This document shows, in pieces, positions 52,112 through 61,547 of a DNA stretch of 64,000 nucleotides. Position 1 is the first letter of the stretch. Every line of letters begins with the position of its first letter. The DNA comes from Azoarcus sp. (lineage in GTDB: Bacteria; Pseudomonadota; Gammaproteobacteria; Burkholderiales; Rhodocyclaceae). The position numbers and the translations under genes are program-made. A model generated the notes under the pieces. That model saw only the letters and a list, made by a program, of their open reading frames with translations, was not told the origin of the DNA and did not search any database. Where the stretch lies: assembly GCA_031276015.1 (NCBI GenBank), contig JAISNX010000040.1, positions 3,816 through 67,815 of the forward strand. The letters run 5' to 3'.

Positions 52112-52894
52112 ATGCCCGCCCCCACCCGCAAGCACGAAATCCGCCGCGCCTTCGACCGCGCCGCCGCCACCTACGACACCGCCGCCCGCGTACAACGCGA
52201 AGCATCGGCGCGCCTGGAAGCCTTCGCGCAAACACCGCCGCAAACCGTGCGCTGCGTGCTCGACGCCGGTTGCGGCACCGGACAGGCCCTGCCCGGACTG
52301 GCGGCGCGCTTCCCCCAAGCGTGCCGGATCGCGCTCGACTTTTCCCCCGCCATGCTCGCCCGCGCCCGCGCCTTCGACGCCCTGCCCCTGTGCGCCGACA
52401 TCGAACACCTGCCGCTCGCCGATGCCACGGTCGACCTCTACTGGTCGAGCCTCGCCCTGCAATGGTGCGACCCGGCCAAGGCGCTCGCCGAAGCCGCCCG
52501 CGTGCTCAGACCGGGCGGCACGGCCCGGATTGCCACGCTCGGCCCGCAAACCCTGCACGAACTGCGCGCCGCCTTCGCCGCTGTCGATGACGATGTTCAC
52601 GTCATCGACTTCCCCGACATCGCCCACTGGTTCGCCATCACCCGCACCGCGGGCCTCACCATCGAAGCGCATGGACAAATATTGCTTTACGAGATCGCCG
52701 CCGATTTACGCGAACTCCTTGGTAACATCAAGGCTATTGGCGCGCGCACTGTCGGCGAAAAGCGGCGGCGACGACCGCTCGGACGACGCGGCTGGCAAAC
52801 ACTCCAGTCCGCCTACGAAGCGTTCCGTCGCCCCGGCGGCGCACTGCCCGCGACCTACGATTTGATTCTGCTCGCCCTGAGGAAGCCTGTATGA
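52112..52894 (+). CDS. bioC: Malonyl-ACP O-methyltransferase
   Basis: FDRAAATYD, LDAGCGTG, SSLALQW, TLHELR. Confidence 0.93.
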   Translation: MPAPTRKHEIRRAFDRAAATYDTAARVQREASARLEAFAQTPPQTVRCVLDAGCGTGQALPGLAARFPQACRIALDFSPAMLARARAFDALPLCADIEHLPLADATVDLYWSSLALQWCDPAKALAEAARVLRPGGTARIATLGPQTLHELRAAFAAVDDDVHVIDFPDIAHWFAITRTAGLTIEAHGQILLYEIAADLRELLGNIKAIGARTVGEKRRRRPLGRRGWQTLQSAYEAFRRPGGALPATYDLILLALRKPV

Positions 52895-53568
52895 CGGCAT
52901 TCCGTGCCTGGTTCGTCACCGGAACCGATACCGGAGTCGGCAAGACTGCCGTGACCTGCGCCCTCATCCATGCCGCGCGCGCCCAAGGCTTCGTCGCCCT
53001 CGGCATGAAGCCGGTCGCGGCGGGCACACAGCCCATCGGGGACGAACAAATCAACGAAGACACCGCCCGCCTGCGTGCGGCAGGCAGCTTCGACCCCGGC
53101 CCCGCCCTCATCACCCCCTATTGCCTGCGCGCCCCCGCCTCGCCGCACATCGCGGCGAAAGACGAAAACATCCGCATCGACCCGCAACACATCCACCAGG
53201 CTTTCGACACACTGCGGCAGCGTTGCGAGCGCCTGATCGTCGAAGGCGTCGGCGGCCTGCTCGCGCCGCTGGGCGAACACCTCGACGCCTCGGCCATCGC
53301 CCGCGAACTGGGCCTGCCCGTCATCCTCGTCGTCGGCCTGCGACTGGGCTGTATCAATCACGCCCTGCTCACCGCCGAAGCCATTGCCGCGCGCGGCCTG
53401 CCCCTGGCGGGCTGGATCGCCAACGCCCCGGAGCCGGAAATGCCGCGCCTGTCCGAGAACATCGACGCCCTGCGCCAACGCATCGACGCGCCGCTCCTGG
53501 GCACACTCCCGCATACCCCTGGCGCGGCACCCGCCGCGCTGGCACATCTCGTCTCACTACCTGTTTAA
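52891..53568 (+). CDS. bioD: Dethiobiotin synthase
   Basis: FVTGTDTGVGKT, MKPVAAG, VEGVGG, LGCINHALLT. Confidence 0.97.
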   Translation: MTAFRAWFVTGTDTGVGKTAVTCALIHAARAQGFVALGMKPVAAGTQPIGDEQINEDTARLRAAGSFDPGPALITPYCLRAPASPHIAAKDENIRIDPQHIHQAFDTLRQRCERLIVEGVGGLLAPLGEHLDASAIARELGLPVILVVGLRLGCINHALLTAEAIAARGLPLAGWIANAPEPEMPRLSENIDALRQRIDAPLLGTLPHTPGAAPAALAHLVSLPV

Positions 53569-53581
53569 CACGAGGTCCAGC

Positions 53582-54955
53582 ATGAACACGGAAAACACCA
53601 CCGAACACCCCGAAAACACCGCCGAACAAGCAAAACCCGCGACTGTGCCGCCGGAAAACACGACCGGGCAAACCGAAAACACGACCGTGCAAGCAGAAAA
53701 CCCCGCCGGGCAGACCGAGGACACCACCGCGCCACCGGAAGCGACGACCCTCACCCCCCGGACGACCATTGCCTCGGACTCGATGATTCTTGCCCTCGAC
53801 ACCACAACCCTTGCCACCGGCGCGACAAGCCTCGCGCCGAACACGACGGGTTTCATGACGGACACCGTTGCCGCCGCGCAGGACAAAGACGAAAAACCGG
53901 GACTGGAAGCGTACATCCCCATACTGCTCATTGCCGCCATCGCCACTGCCATCGCCGTGGTCTTCAATCTGGACTTGCAGACCGAAGATGTACCGGAGAG
54001 CCTCTCCCTGCCAGCGGAACCCATCATGCCCGCGCCGCCGCCCGAAGAGCCTTCCATGGAAACCCTGCTGCAAGACCTCGGCCCCAAACAAACGCCCGAG
54101 GACGCCCCGCCGAAACCCGAACCCCGGATAATGCCCCACGCCAAATTCAACGAAATCAGCAAGGAAGCGCAAACTTTCAGCGAAACCGCCGAAAAGTATT
54201 ACCGCCAGGGCGATTGTGCCAATGCATTGGCCCTGCACCGGAAAGCCCTCGCCAATTTTGAATTGGCGCTTGGACATCTCACGAAACAATTACCCCTGTT
54301 CGTAGAAAAACTCGGCCCGGATCATGACACCACGGCCAAAACCCGGAACAATATCACCCAGATGCAAAGCATCATCGCCTCGACCAACAGCAATATCGGC
54401 GAAGCGCACCGTTGCCAGAAGCAATACGCACAAGCATTGAAATGGTTCCAACAAGCCCTGGCGGTTCAGGAAAACATCAAAGATGCCAACACGGCCACGA
54501 CCTATAACAATATCGCGCTCGTCTACGACGATCAGCAGAATTACACGAGGGCGCTGGAGTGGCTCCACAAAGACCTGGCCATCAGCGAAACGGCGCAGAA
54601 CATCGGCACGGCCACGACCTACAACAATATCGGCATGGTGCGTTTCCATCAGGGCAATATCGCCGATGCGCTGGAATGGTACCGGAAATCCCTGGCGATC
54701 CAGGAAAAACTCCTGGGCGCGGACTCTCCCGACGCCGCCATCATTCGCGGTAACATTGGCGAAGCGTATCGCACACAAGGCGATTACGAAAACGCGCTCA
54801 CCGAACTTTTAAGCGCATACCGGACGCTCGCAACCCGATATGGCGAAAACAACCGGCACACCCGCGCGGTAAGAGGAAACCTGGCGCGAGCCTACGACAA
54901 AACGGACAATACGCAACCTTTTGCCGAGTGGCTCGCCCAAAATCTGTCTCAATAG
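53582..54955 (+). CDS. Membrane-anchored TPR-repeat protein with T/E-rich N-terminal repeats
   Basis: ENTT-type repeats, TM segment YIPILLIAAIATAIAVVF, Pro-rich linker, TATTYNNI TPR repeats. Confidence 0.85.
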   Translation: MNTENTTEHPENTAEQAKPATVPPENTTGQTENTTVQAENPAGQTEDTTAPPEATTLTPRTTIASDSMILALDTTTLATGATSLAPNTTGFMTDTVAAAQDKDEKPGLEAYIPILLIAAIATAIAVVFNLDLQTEDVPESLSLPAEPIMPAPPPEEPSMETLLQDLGPKQTPEDAPPKPEPRIMPHAKFNEISKEAQTFSETAEKYYRQGDCANALALHRKALANFELALGHLTKQLPLFVEKLGPDHDTTAKTRNNITQMQSIIASTNSNIGEAHRCQKQYAQALKWFQQALAVQENIKDANTATTYNNIALVYDDQQNYTRALEWLHKDLAISETAQNIGTATTYNNIGMVRFHQGNIADALEWYRKSLAIQEKLLGADSPDAAIIRGNIGEAYRTQGDYENALTELLSAYRTLATRYGENNRHTRAVRGNLARAYDKTDNTQPFAEWLAQNLSQ

Positions 54956-54964
54956 GAGAAAGTT

Positions 54965-56065
54965 GTGAAGTTTTTCCCGAATTGCCTGAACGCCCTTTTC
55001 GTCGCGGCCCTTCTCGCCGGTTGCGCCGTCACCGGCGACCCCGCTGGCACCTCCCCGCAAAATGCCGGGACAGCGACATCCGGCGCAAAAGACGCGGCCA
55101 CCTACGAAAACGAAGCCCGAGAACTTCAAGAACGGGGCGACACCGCCGGGGCGCTGGAAGCATACCGGCAAGCCCTGGCAATTCGGGAGAAAACCCTGGG
55201 CGCGTACCACCCCGATGTCGCCGCGAGTTGCGACGACATCGCCCTGCTCTACGTCGGCCAGGGCGAATACGCGCAGGCCCTGGCGTGGTATCAGCAATCG
55301 CTGGAAATCCGGCAAAAGGCCCTGGGCGCGGATCACCCCGACGTCGCCACGGCGCACGACAACATCGCCTGGGTCAATCTCAGCAAGGGCGATCACGCCA
55401 ATGCCATAGAGCAATACCAACAGGCCCTGGCGATCCGGGAAAACATCATCGGCGGCGACCAGGCCGACACCATCAAGACCCACAAGCAGATCGCCAGCGT
55501 CTACCACCGCCGGGGCGACTACCCCAACGCACTGGCGTGGTACCAGAAGGGGCTGGAAGCCCGCGAGCGCGTGCAAGGGCCGGAACACCCGGACACCCGC
55601 AAGGACTATAACTTCATCGCCGCCATCTACGACAGCCAGGGCGACTACGCCAATGCGCTGGCGTGGTACCAGAAGCTCCTGGCGATCCAGGAAAGGGTTG
55701 TCGGCCAGGATCACCCCGAAACCGCCGCCGTCTACAACAGCATTGCCACGGTGTACAGCAGCCAGGACGACTACAGGAACGCCTTGGCATGGTACGCAAA
55801 AGCCCTGGCCGCCAACGAAAGATCCCTGGGCGCGGAGCATCCCCACACCGCCGCGATCCGCAACAACATTGCAAAGGTTCAATACAATCGGGGCGAATAC
55901 AACAAAGCTCTCGCCGAATGCCTGACCGCCTACAAGGACATTGCGAGCAGCCTGGGCGAAGGGCACCCGAATGCCCAACTGGTCAAGGCCAACCTGGAAG
56001 AAATCTACCGCTCGCTCAACCAGCCCAAGCCTTTCAACCAATGGCTCGCCGAAGCCCTGCGCTGA
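54965..56065 (+). CDS. TPR-repeat lipoprotein (kinesin-light-chain-like 42-aa TPRs)
   Basis: Lipobox LLAGC; repeated ALAI.E..LG.DHP..A...NNIA. Confidence 0.88.
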   Translation: MKFFPNCLNALFVAALLAGCAVTGDPAGTSPQNAGTATSGAKDAATYENEARELQERGDTAGALEAYRQALAIREKTLGAYHPDVAASCDDIALLYVGQGEYAQALAWYQQSLEIRQKALGADHPDVATAHDNIAWVNLSKGDHANAIEQYQQALAIRENIIGGDQADTIKTHKQIASVYHRRGDYPNALAWYQKGLEARERVQGPEHPDTRKDYNFIAAIYDSQGDYANALAWYQKLLAIQERVVGQDHPETAAVYNSIATVYSSQDDYRNALAWYAKALAANERSLGAEHPHTAAIRNNIAKVQYNRGEYNKALAECLTAYKDIASSLGEGHPNAQLVKANLEEIYRSLNQPKPFNQWLAEALR

Positions 56066-56117
56066 CGCGCCGCGCGCCGCGAATTCCAATGTGACGGAGG
56101 CCAGCCCGAACGGCGGC

Positions 56118-56646
56118 ATGGATTGCCACGGCGCTACGCGCCTCGCAATGACGAATCTCCCACCCCGTCATTGCGAGGGCCGTAGGCCCGCGACAATCCA
56201 CACGGCGGCGACTACCCGCACTGGCGGGCGGTGTTGCGGGGATTACGGGCATATGGATTGCCACGGCGCTGCACGCCTCGCAATGACGAATCTTCCACCC
56301 CGTCATTGCGAGGGCCGCAGGCCCGCGGCAATCCAGACGGCGGCGACTACCCGCACTGGCGGGCGGTATTACGGGAATCACGGGCATATGGATTGCCACG
56401 GCGCTACGCGCCTCGCAATGACGAGTCTCCCACCCCGTCATTGCGAGGGCCGAAGGCCCGCGGCAATCCACACGGCGGCGATTATCCGCACTGGCGGGCG
56501 GTATTACGGGGATCACGGGCATATGGATTGCCACGGCGCTACGCGCCTCGCAATGACGGATGTCATCATCCGAACCGAAAACGCTCTAGTGCGTTTTGGG
56601 TTCAACCGCTGGCGTCCGTCATTGCGAACCGAAGGTGAAGCAATCC
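56118..56646. repeat. Tandem 135-bp REP-like palindromic array (3 full units plus a partial) ending in a MITE-type end
   Basis: ATGGATTGCCACGG starts at 56118, 56253, 56388, 56523; each unit has CTCGCAATGAC/GTCATTGCGAG inverted repeats; GCTCTA end at 56588. Confidence 0.92.
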
Positions 56647-56718
56647 AACAGACTGGCACACTACGGCGCTTGTTCAGCATGCCCCTGATCAACCCGTGGA
56701 ATACATCGGGCATCCCCG

Positions 56719-58101
56719 TCATTCCGCGTGCTGGAAGCCGCCCCCCGCGAAATTCTCGAAGCGCGTGTATTCGCCCAGGAAGGTCATGCGCACCATGCCG
56801 GTCGGGCCGTTGCGGTGCTTGCCGATGATGAGTTCCGCCGTGCCCTTGTCCGGCGAATCCGGGTTGTAGACTTCGTCCCGATAGATGAACATGATGATGT
56901 CGGCGTCCTGTTCGATGGCACCGGATTCGCGCAGGTCGGACATGACCGGGCGTTTGTTGGGGCGTTGTTCCAGGCTGCGATTGAGCTGCGACAGGGCGAT
57001 GATGGGGACGTGCAGTTCCTTGGCGAGCGCCTTGACCGAGCGCGAGATTTCCGAAAGTTCGGTGGCGCGGTTGTCGGTGTCGCGCGCGCCGTTCATCAGT
57101 TGCAGGTAGTCGATCACGATGAGGCCGAGTTTGCCGCACTGGCGGGCAAGCCGCCGGGCACGGGCACGCAGGTCGATGGGGTTGAGGCCGGGGGTTTCGT
57201 CGATGTAGAGCGGCGCGTCGTAGAGTTTGCCCATCGCCATGGTGAGGCGCTGCCAGTCGTCGTCGGAGAGGCGGCCATTGCGGATTTTCTGCATGTCGAT
57301 GCGGCCCACCGAGGCAATGAAGCGGGTAGCCAGTTGGGTGCCGGGCATTTCCATCGAGAAAATCGCCACGGGCAGATGTTTTTCCACCGCGACGTGCTCG
57401 GCAATGTTGAGCGCGAAACTGGTCTTGCCCATCGACGGACGTCCGGCGACGATCAGCATGTCGGACGGTTGCAGGCCGGAGGTTTTGTCGTCGAGGTCGG
57501 CGAAGCCGGTCGGAACGCCGGTGATCTCCGAGGGATTGTCGCGGTCGTAGAGTTCCTGCACGCGGTCGGCGACCTGTTTGAGAAGGGGCTGGATCGACTG
57601 GAAGCCGCTACTGTGGCGCGCCCCGGCCTCGGCGATTTCGAATACCTTGGCTTCGGCCTCGTCGAGCAGCGTCTTGGGGTCTTTGCCGGAGGGGGCGAGC
57701 GCACTGGCCGCGATTTCATCGCCCACGGCAACGAGTTTGCGCAGGATCGCGCGTTCGCGGACGATTTCCGCATAGCGGCGGATGTTGGCCGCCGAAGGCG
57801 TATTGTTGGCGATCTCCGCCAGATAGGCCAGACCGCCCGCCTGTTCGGCTTCGCCGTTTTTTTCCAGCGACTCGAACACCGTGACCACGTCGGCGGGTTT
57901 GCCGAAGTCGACCAAGCGGGAGATGTGCCGGTAGATGCGGCGATGGTCGTCGCGGTAGAAGTCCTCCTCAGTGAGGAGATCGGCAATCCGCTCCCAGGCG
58001 GTGTTGTCGAGCAGCAGACCGCCAATCAGCGATTGCTCGGCCTCCAGCGAGTGCGGCGGCAGTTTGAGCGCCGACAGTTGGGGATCGCGGGGCATGGGCA
58101 T
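56719..58101 (-). CDS. dnaB: Replicative DNA helicase
   Basis: PPHSLEAEQS, GRPSMGKT, IDYLQLM, LSQLNR, SDLRESGAIEQDAD, KHRNGP. Confidence 0.98.
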   Translation of the reverse strand: MPMPRDPQLSALKLPPHSLEAEQSLIGGLLLDNTAWERIADLLTEEDFYRDDHRRIYRHISRLVDFGKPADVVTVFESLEKNGEAEQAGGLAYLAEIANNTPSAANIRRYAEIVRERAILRKLVAVGDEIAASALAPSGKDPKTLLDEAEAKVFEIAEAGARHSSGFQSIQPLLKQVADRVQELYDRDNPSEITGVPTGFADLDDKTSGLQPSDMLIVAGRPSMGKTSFALNIAEHVAVEKHLPVAIFSMEMPGTQLATRFIASVGRIDMQKIRNGRLSDDDWQRLTMAMGKLYDAPLYIDETPGLNPIDLRARARRLARQCGKLGLIVIDYLQLMNGARDTDNRATELSEISRSVKALAKELHVPIIALSQLNRSLEQRPNKRPVMSDLRESGAIEQDADIIMFIYRDEVYNPDSPDKGTAELIIGKHRNGPTGMVRMTFLGEYTRFENFAGGGFQHAE

Positions 58102-58244
58102 GGTGGTTCCGGGAAACGGCTGAAGGAACGCGGATTCTAAAAACAAAGGGCCACCATGGGGCAGCCCTTTGTTTTTTCGCGGACGAAAGGAGGAGGTCAG
58201 TGTCCGCTCATGTCAGATTTTCCGACAATCACCCTTCCCGTCCG

Positions 58245-58946
58245 TCAGACACGCTCCCGCCGCCTGCGCGCCACGGCTCCCACCAGGCCAAGCCCGGCCA
58301 GCAACATGGCGTAGGCTTCCGGCTCGGGCACGGCAGGCGTGGGGGGTACGAAGGGCACCGGGGTTTTGCTCACGTTGTTCACCAGCACAACGAAGTCGTT
58401 GTAATCCCAGTCGGACCTCTCCCTGTTCGACATATCCTCGAAACCGACGAGTGTCTGACCATCATAAATGTCGTAATAAGCGACCGCGTGATACTTCGTA
58501 TCGTTCAGGTACCCACCCCGCCCGTGATCCAAATACTCCAAGGTGTTGCTCTTGTAGGTGTTCCACGTGGTCATGTCCTCCAGCACGAAAACAATCTCGA
58601 CCACCGGGTTGGATTCACCTGAAATCTTCGCCAGATCAACCGAATAGGCATTATCATCCCACTTGTAGATACCCTTCTGCTTGCTCTGCTCGCCGGAGGC
58701 GTAGACGAAATACATCGACAAAGCAATATTGTGGTCCGCATAGCCACCGACGTAGGTGAACTCGACGGGAGCGTTCAGATCGACAACGTAAAATGTGCCC
58801 CCATATACGCCCTGGGCAGCACCGACGGATGCCGTGGGATCCTCGCTCTTGAGCCAGTCGTTGAGAACGCCAAGCGTACTCGGCTCTGCCGCAAGCGCGG
58901 AGACGGAACCCAATGACAATAAAAACGCGGCAAGCAGTTTAGGCAT
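58245..58946 (-). CDS. PEP-CTERM protein (DUF4114-like C-terminal domain)
   Basis: Signal peptide, VGFEDM..SDWDYNDFVV, VPEPEAYAMLLAGLGLVGAVARRRR. Confidence 0.9.
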   Translation of the reverse strand: MPKLLAAFLLSLGSVSALAAEPSTLGVLNDWLKSEDPTASVGAAQGVYGGTFYVVDLNAPVEFTYVGGYADHNIALSMYFVYASGEQSKQKGIYKWDDNAYSVDLAKISGESNPVVEIVFVLEDMTTWNTYKSNTLEYLDHGRGGYLNDTKYHAVAYYDIYDGQTLVGFEDMSNRERSDWDYNDFVVLVNNVSKTPVPFVPPTPAVPEPEAYAMLLAGLGLVGAVARRRRERV

Positions 58947-59045
58947 GATGGCCTCCTTCGGATTGTTCGATAAAAAAGTTGTTGTGCAGTACCGGAGCAA
59001 TCAGTATTAGTGTAAACAACAACAGTGTAAGCACAGCCACCAGAA

Positions 59046-59129
59046 AGCACAAATCGGGCCTGTTTATAAACAATTGATTACTATAGTAGACAAGTTTTTG
59101 CCTGCACAAATATGTAAAATCGGTCGACA
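59046..59129 (-). promoter_or_regulatory. Activator site + IHF site + sigma54 promoter
   Basis: Minus strand: TGTCGACCGATTTTACA (59113-59129), AATCAATTGTTTA (59067-59079), AGGCCCGATTTGTGCT (59046-59061). Confidence 0.75.
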
Positions 59130-59254
59130 TTTCCGGGGAACAAAAAAGCGGGCTGGGGGCATGCCCCAACCCGCTGCGAGGAGTAACAGAAACCGGTGTT
59201 CCGGCGCGAGGCTTACTCTTTCGCCGTCGTCCGGTTTGTCAATTCATTCCGCCG

Positions 59255-59938
59255 TCAGATACGCTCCCGCCGCCTGCGCGCCACGGCACCCACCAGGCCA
59301 AGCCCGACCAGCAGCATGAGGTAGGCTTCCGGCTCGGGCGCATGGCTTACCTGGCGCACGTTGCTCACCAGGAACACGATGTCGTCGTAATCCCAGTCGG
59401 AATTCTGGGAAGTCAGCAAATCCTCGAACCCGACAAGTGTCTGGCCGTTGTAATAGTCATAATAAGCCACCGTGTGATACTTGCCATCAGATGGATGCAC
59501 AGCGTTGCTGACGTAGTATGTATTTGTTGTTTTGTCATACAGATGAAGGACGAGCCTGGCCCCCTCGGCATCGTATTCGAACAAATTCAGTGTGGAGGTA
59601 TTTCTGTAGGCTTCCGTCTGGTAGGAACTTCCTATCTTGGAGAAGACCGTCGCTTCACCGATAATATTGCCAGCGTCATCCAGGGATGCTACCGAAAGAA
59701 TAAGGTCGTGACCCGCATGGCTGGTTACGAAAGTAAACTCGACGGGCTGCGTCGGATCCACAACATAGAAGTTACCGCCGATAACCCCCTCGACAGCCTC
59801 GGCTGTTTCAAGCGCCGGTGGCTCGGTAACCAAACCGTTTTCCGTGTCCTCGCGCCATTCATCGAAGGTGGTAGTCGGAGCGGCCAGTGCGGAGGCGGAA
59901 CCGAAAGTCAATAGCAGTACGGCAAGTAGTCTGGACAT
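59255..59938 (-). CDS. PEP-CTERM protein, tandem paralog of 58245-58946
   Basis: Shared GG.FYVVD, KYH.VAYYD.Y.GQTLVGFED, SDWDY.D and APEPEAY..LL.GLGLVGAVARRRR. Confidence 0.9.
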   Translation of the reverse strand: MSRLLAVLLLTFGSASALAAPTTTFDEWREDTENGLVTEPPALETAEAVEGVIGGNFYVVDPTQPVEFTFVTSHAGHDLILSVASLDDAGNIIGEATVFSKIGSSYQTEAYRNTSTLNLFEYDAEGARLVLHLYDKTTNTYYVSNAVHPSDGKYHTVAYYDYYNGQTLVGFEDLLTSQNSDWDYDDIVFLVSNVRQVSHAPEPEAYLMLLVGLGLVGAVARRRRERI

Positions 59939-59997
59939 GATGGATCTCCTCATCAAGTAAAAAACGGGATCATTGCAATGCAGCATCGGATTGGTAC

Positions 59998-60080
59998 AGC
60001 ATAAACCGGGCCAGATTCCAAACAATTGATTACTGGCATAAATATTTTATGGCTACAAAAACATGTAAAATCGGTCGACA
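59998..60080 (-). promoter_or_regulatory. Activator site + IHF site + sigma54 promoter
   Basis: Minus strand: TGTCGACCGATTTTACA (60064-60080), AATCAATTGTTTG (60019-60031), TGGCCCGGTTTATGCT (59998-60013). Confidence 0.75.
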
Positions 60081-60126
60081 CCCTCGGCAGGCGGAAACCG
60101 AATGAAATGCGCGCCGCCCATCACCC

Positions 60127-60161
60127 GTCATTGCGAAGGCCACGAAGGGCCGTGGCAATCC
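60127..60161. repeat. Single REP-like half unit
   Basis: GTCATTGCGAAGGCCACGAAGGGCCGTGGCAATCC. Confidence 0.7.
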
Positions 60162-60182
60162 GCGAAATGCGCCGCCCCCGGC

Positions 60183-61412
60183 TTACTCTTTCGCCGTCCG
60201 CCCCGTCAGTTCGCTGAATACCCGGCACAGGCGGCCTATCCGCCCGTCCCAGCTATTGGTTTCGGCATACCGCCGGATGGCCGCGCGATCCCATGGCCGC
60301 GACAGTGCCCGGTCGAGCGCCGCTTCGAGCACCAACGGCTCGCCGAAAGGAACCAGTTCGCCCAAATCCGGGCGGCAGACGGCCTCGCGGCTGACACCCA
60401 CTTCGGTCGTCACCACCGGCAGGCCGCAGGCCATGGCTTCGAGAAAGGCACTGCTCCCGCTCCCGGTATGCGTGGCAAGCACGAACACGTCGGCGGCGGA
60501 CAAGGGGCCGGGGAATTCATTCAGCGGCAGATCGTCGAGAAAACGCACCGCGCCGCCCAGGCCCAAACGCACCGCATGCGCCTTGAGCGCGGTATCGTCA
60601 TGCCCGGCCAGCGCGCCCGCGCCGACAATCAGGTACACCAGCCCCGGCCAGCGCCGGACGAGCGAAGGCAATACTTCGATGACCCGGTGGCAGCCTTTTT
60701 CATCGACCGGCCAGCCCGCCGAAATCAACACAGGCACTTCCGGCGTCAATCCGAGCGCCGCCCGCGCTTCGCCGCGATCATGCGGGCGAAAGTTCCCGAC
60801 ATCCACTCCGTCGCTGATCGTCTCGGCCCGCTCGTCCGGCACCCCCATCCCGATGGCGAGCTGGCGCAGGCTCTCGCCCATGGCAAAGACCTTCGTCGCG
60901 CTCATGAGCGCCTCGCGCAGCTTCGGGGCAAGGCGCGGACTTTGCACCTGCCGCGCTTCGGCTCCGCGCAGGGTGATCGTCACCGGTACCCCCAATTTGC
61001 GCCCGAGCAATACCGCAGCGTAGCCGTCCGGATAGGCGAAATGCGCGTCGATCACGTCGAGATGCCCGGCGTGGCGCATCGCGGCAAAGCGGCGATACGC
61101 CGCCATCGCCATGGTTCGCCCGTCGCAGCACCTGAACACGCCCGGCACGGACAAGAAGCGCGGGTACCATACCGGAATGCCCTGCTGTTCTTCGTATTCC
61201 GGCGCGCCGGGGCGAAAGTGCGGCTTGTTCAGGTATTTCTTCATCGCATCCTGCCACGGCACCCAGGGTGTCGGTGCCACGACGAACAGCGGCAAGCGCC
61301 GGGCGACGCGGAACATGCGCTCGCGGATGGACAGGCCCGCATGCGGCTGTACGCTACTTGGAAACAGGCTGCTCAACACCCCGATATACGGGCCTTTCAA
61401 CAACTCGGCCAT
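60183..61412 (-). CDS. GT4-family glycosyltransferase (EPS cluster), degenerate EX7E motif
   Basis: DAHFAYPDGYAA, ITLRG, DVFVLA..FLEAMACGLPVVTT. Confidence 0.88.
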   Translation of the reverse strand: MAELLKGPYIGVLSSLFPSSVQPHAGLSIRERMFRVARRLPLFVVAPTPWVPWQDAMKKYLNKPHFRPGAPEYEEQQGIPVWYPRFLSVPGVFRCCDGRTMAMAAYRRFAAMRHAGHLDVIDAHFAYPDGYAAVLLGRKLGVPVTITLRGAEARQVQSPRLAPKLREALMSATKVFAMGESLRQLAIGMGVPDERAETISDGVDVGNFRPHDRGEARAALGLTPEVPVLISAGWPVDEKGCHRVIEVLPSLVRRWPGLVYLIVGAGALAGHDDTALKAHAVRLGLGGAVRFLDDLPLNEFPGPLSAADVFVLATHTGSGSSAFLEAMACGLPVVTTEVGVSREAVCRPDLGELVPFGEPLVLEAALDRALSRPWDRAAIRRYAETNSWDGRIGRLCRVFSELTGRTAKE

Positions 61413-61547
61413 GCTCGCTCCGTCCCCCGGTCAGTTTGGCGTCGACGCTTTCCGGGCGGCTAAATACTGTTGGTGTGCCAGTGCGCGCCCGAACATCCGG
61501 GCCGCGGCTCTCAGACAAGCGAGAATATGCAGCACGCACGCAATCGG

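Noticed and set aside
55941-56828. 295-aa repeat protein or second CRISPR array at the 135-bp repeats
   Set aside because: Units are near-identical with no unique spacers, and the same sequence occurs in non-coding copies elsewhere; the ORF is a by-product of the 135-bp period
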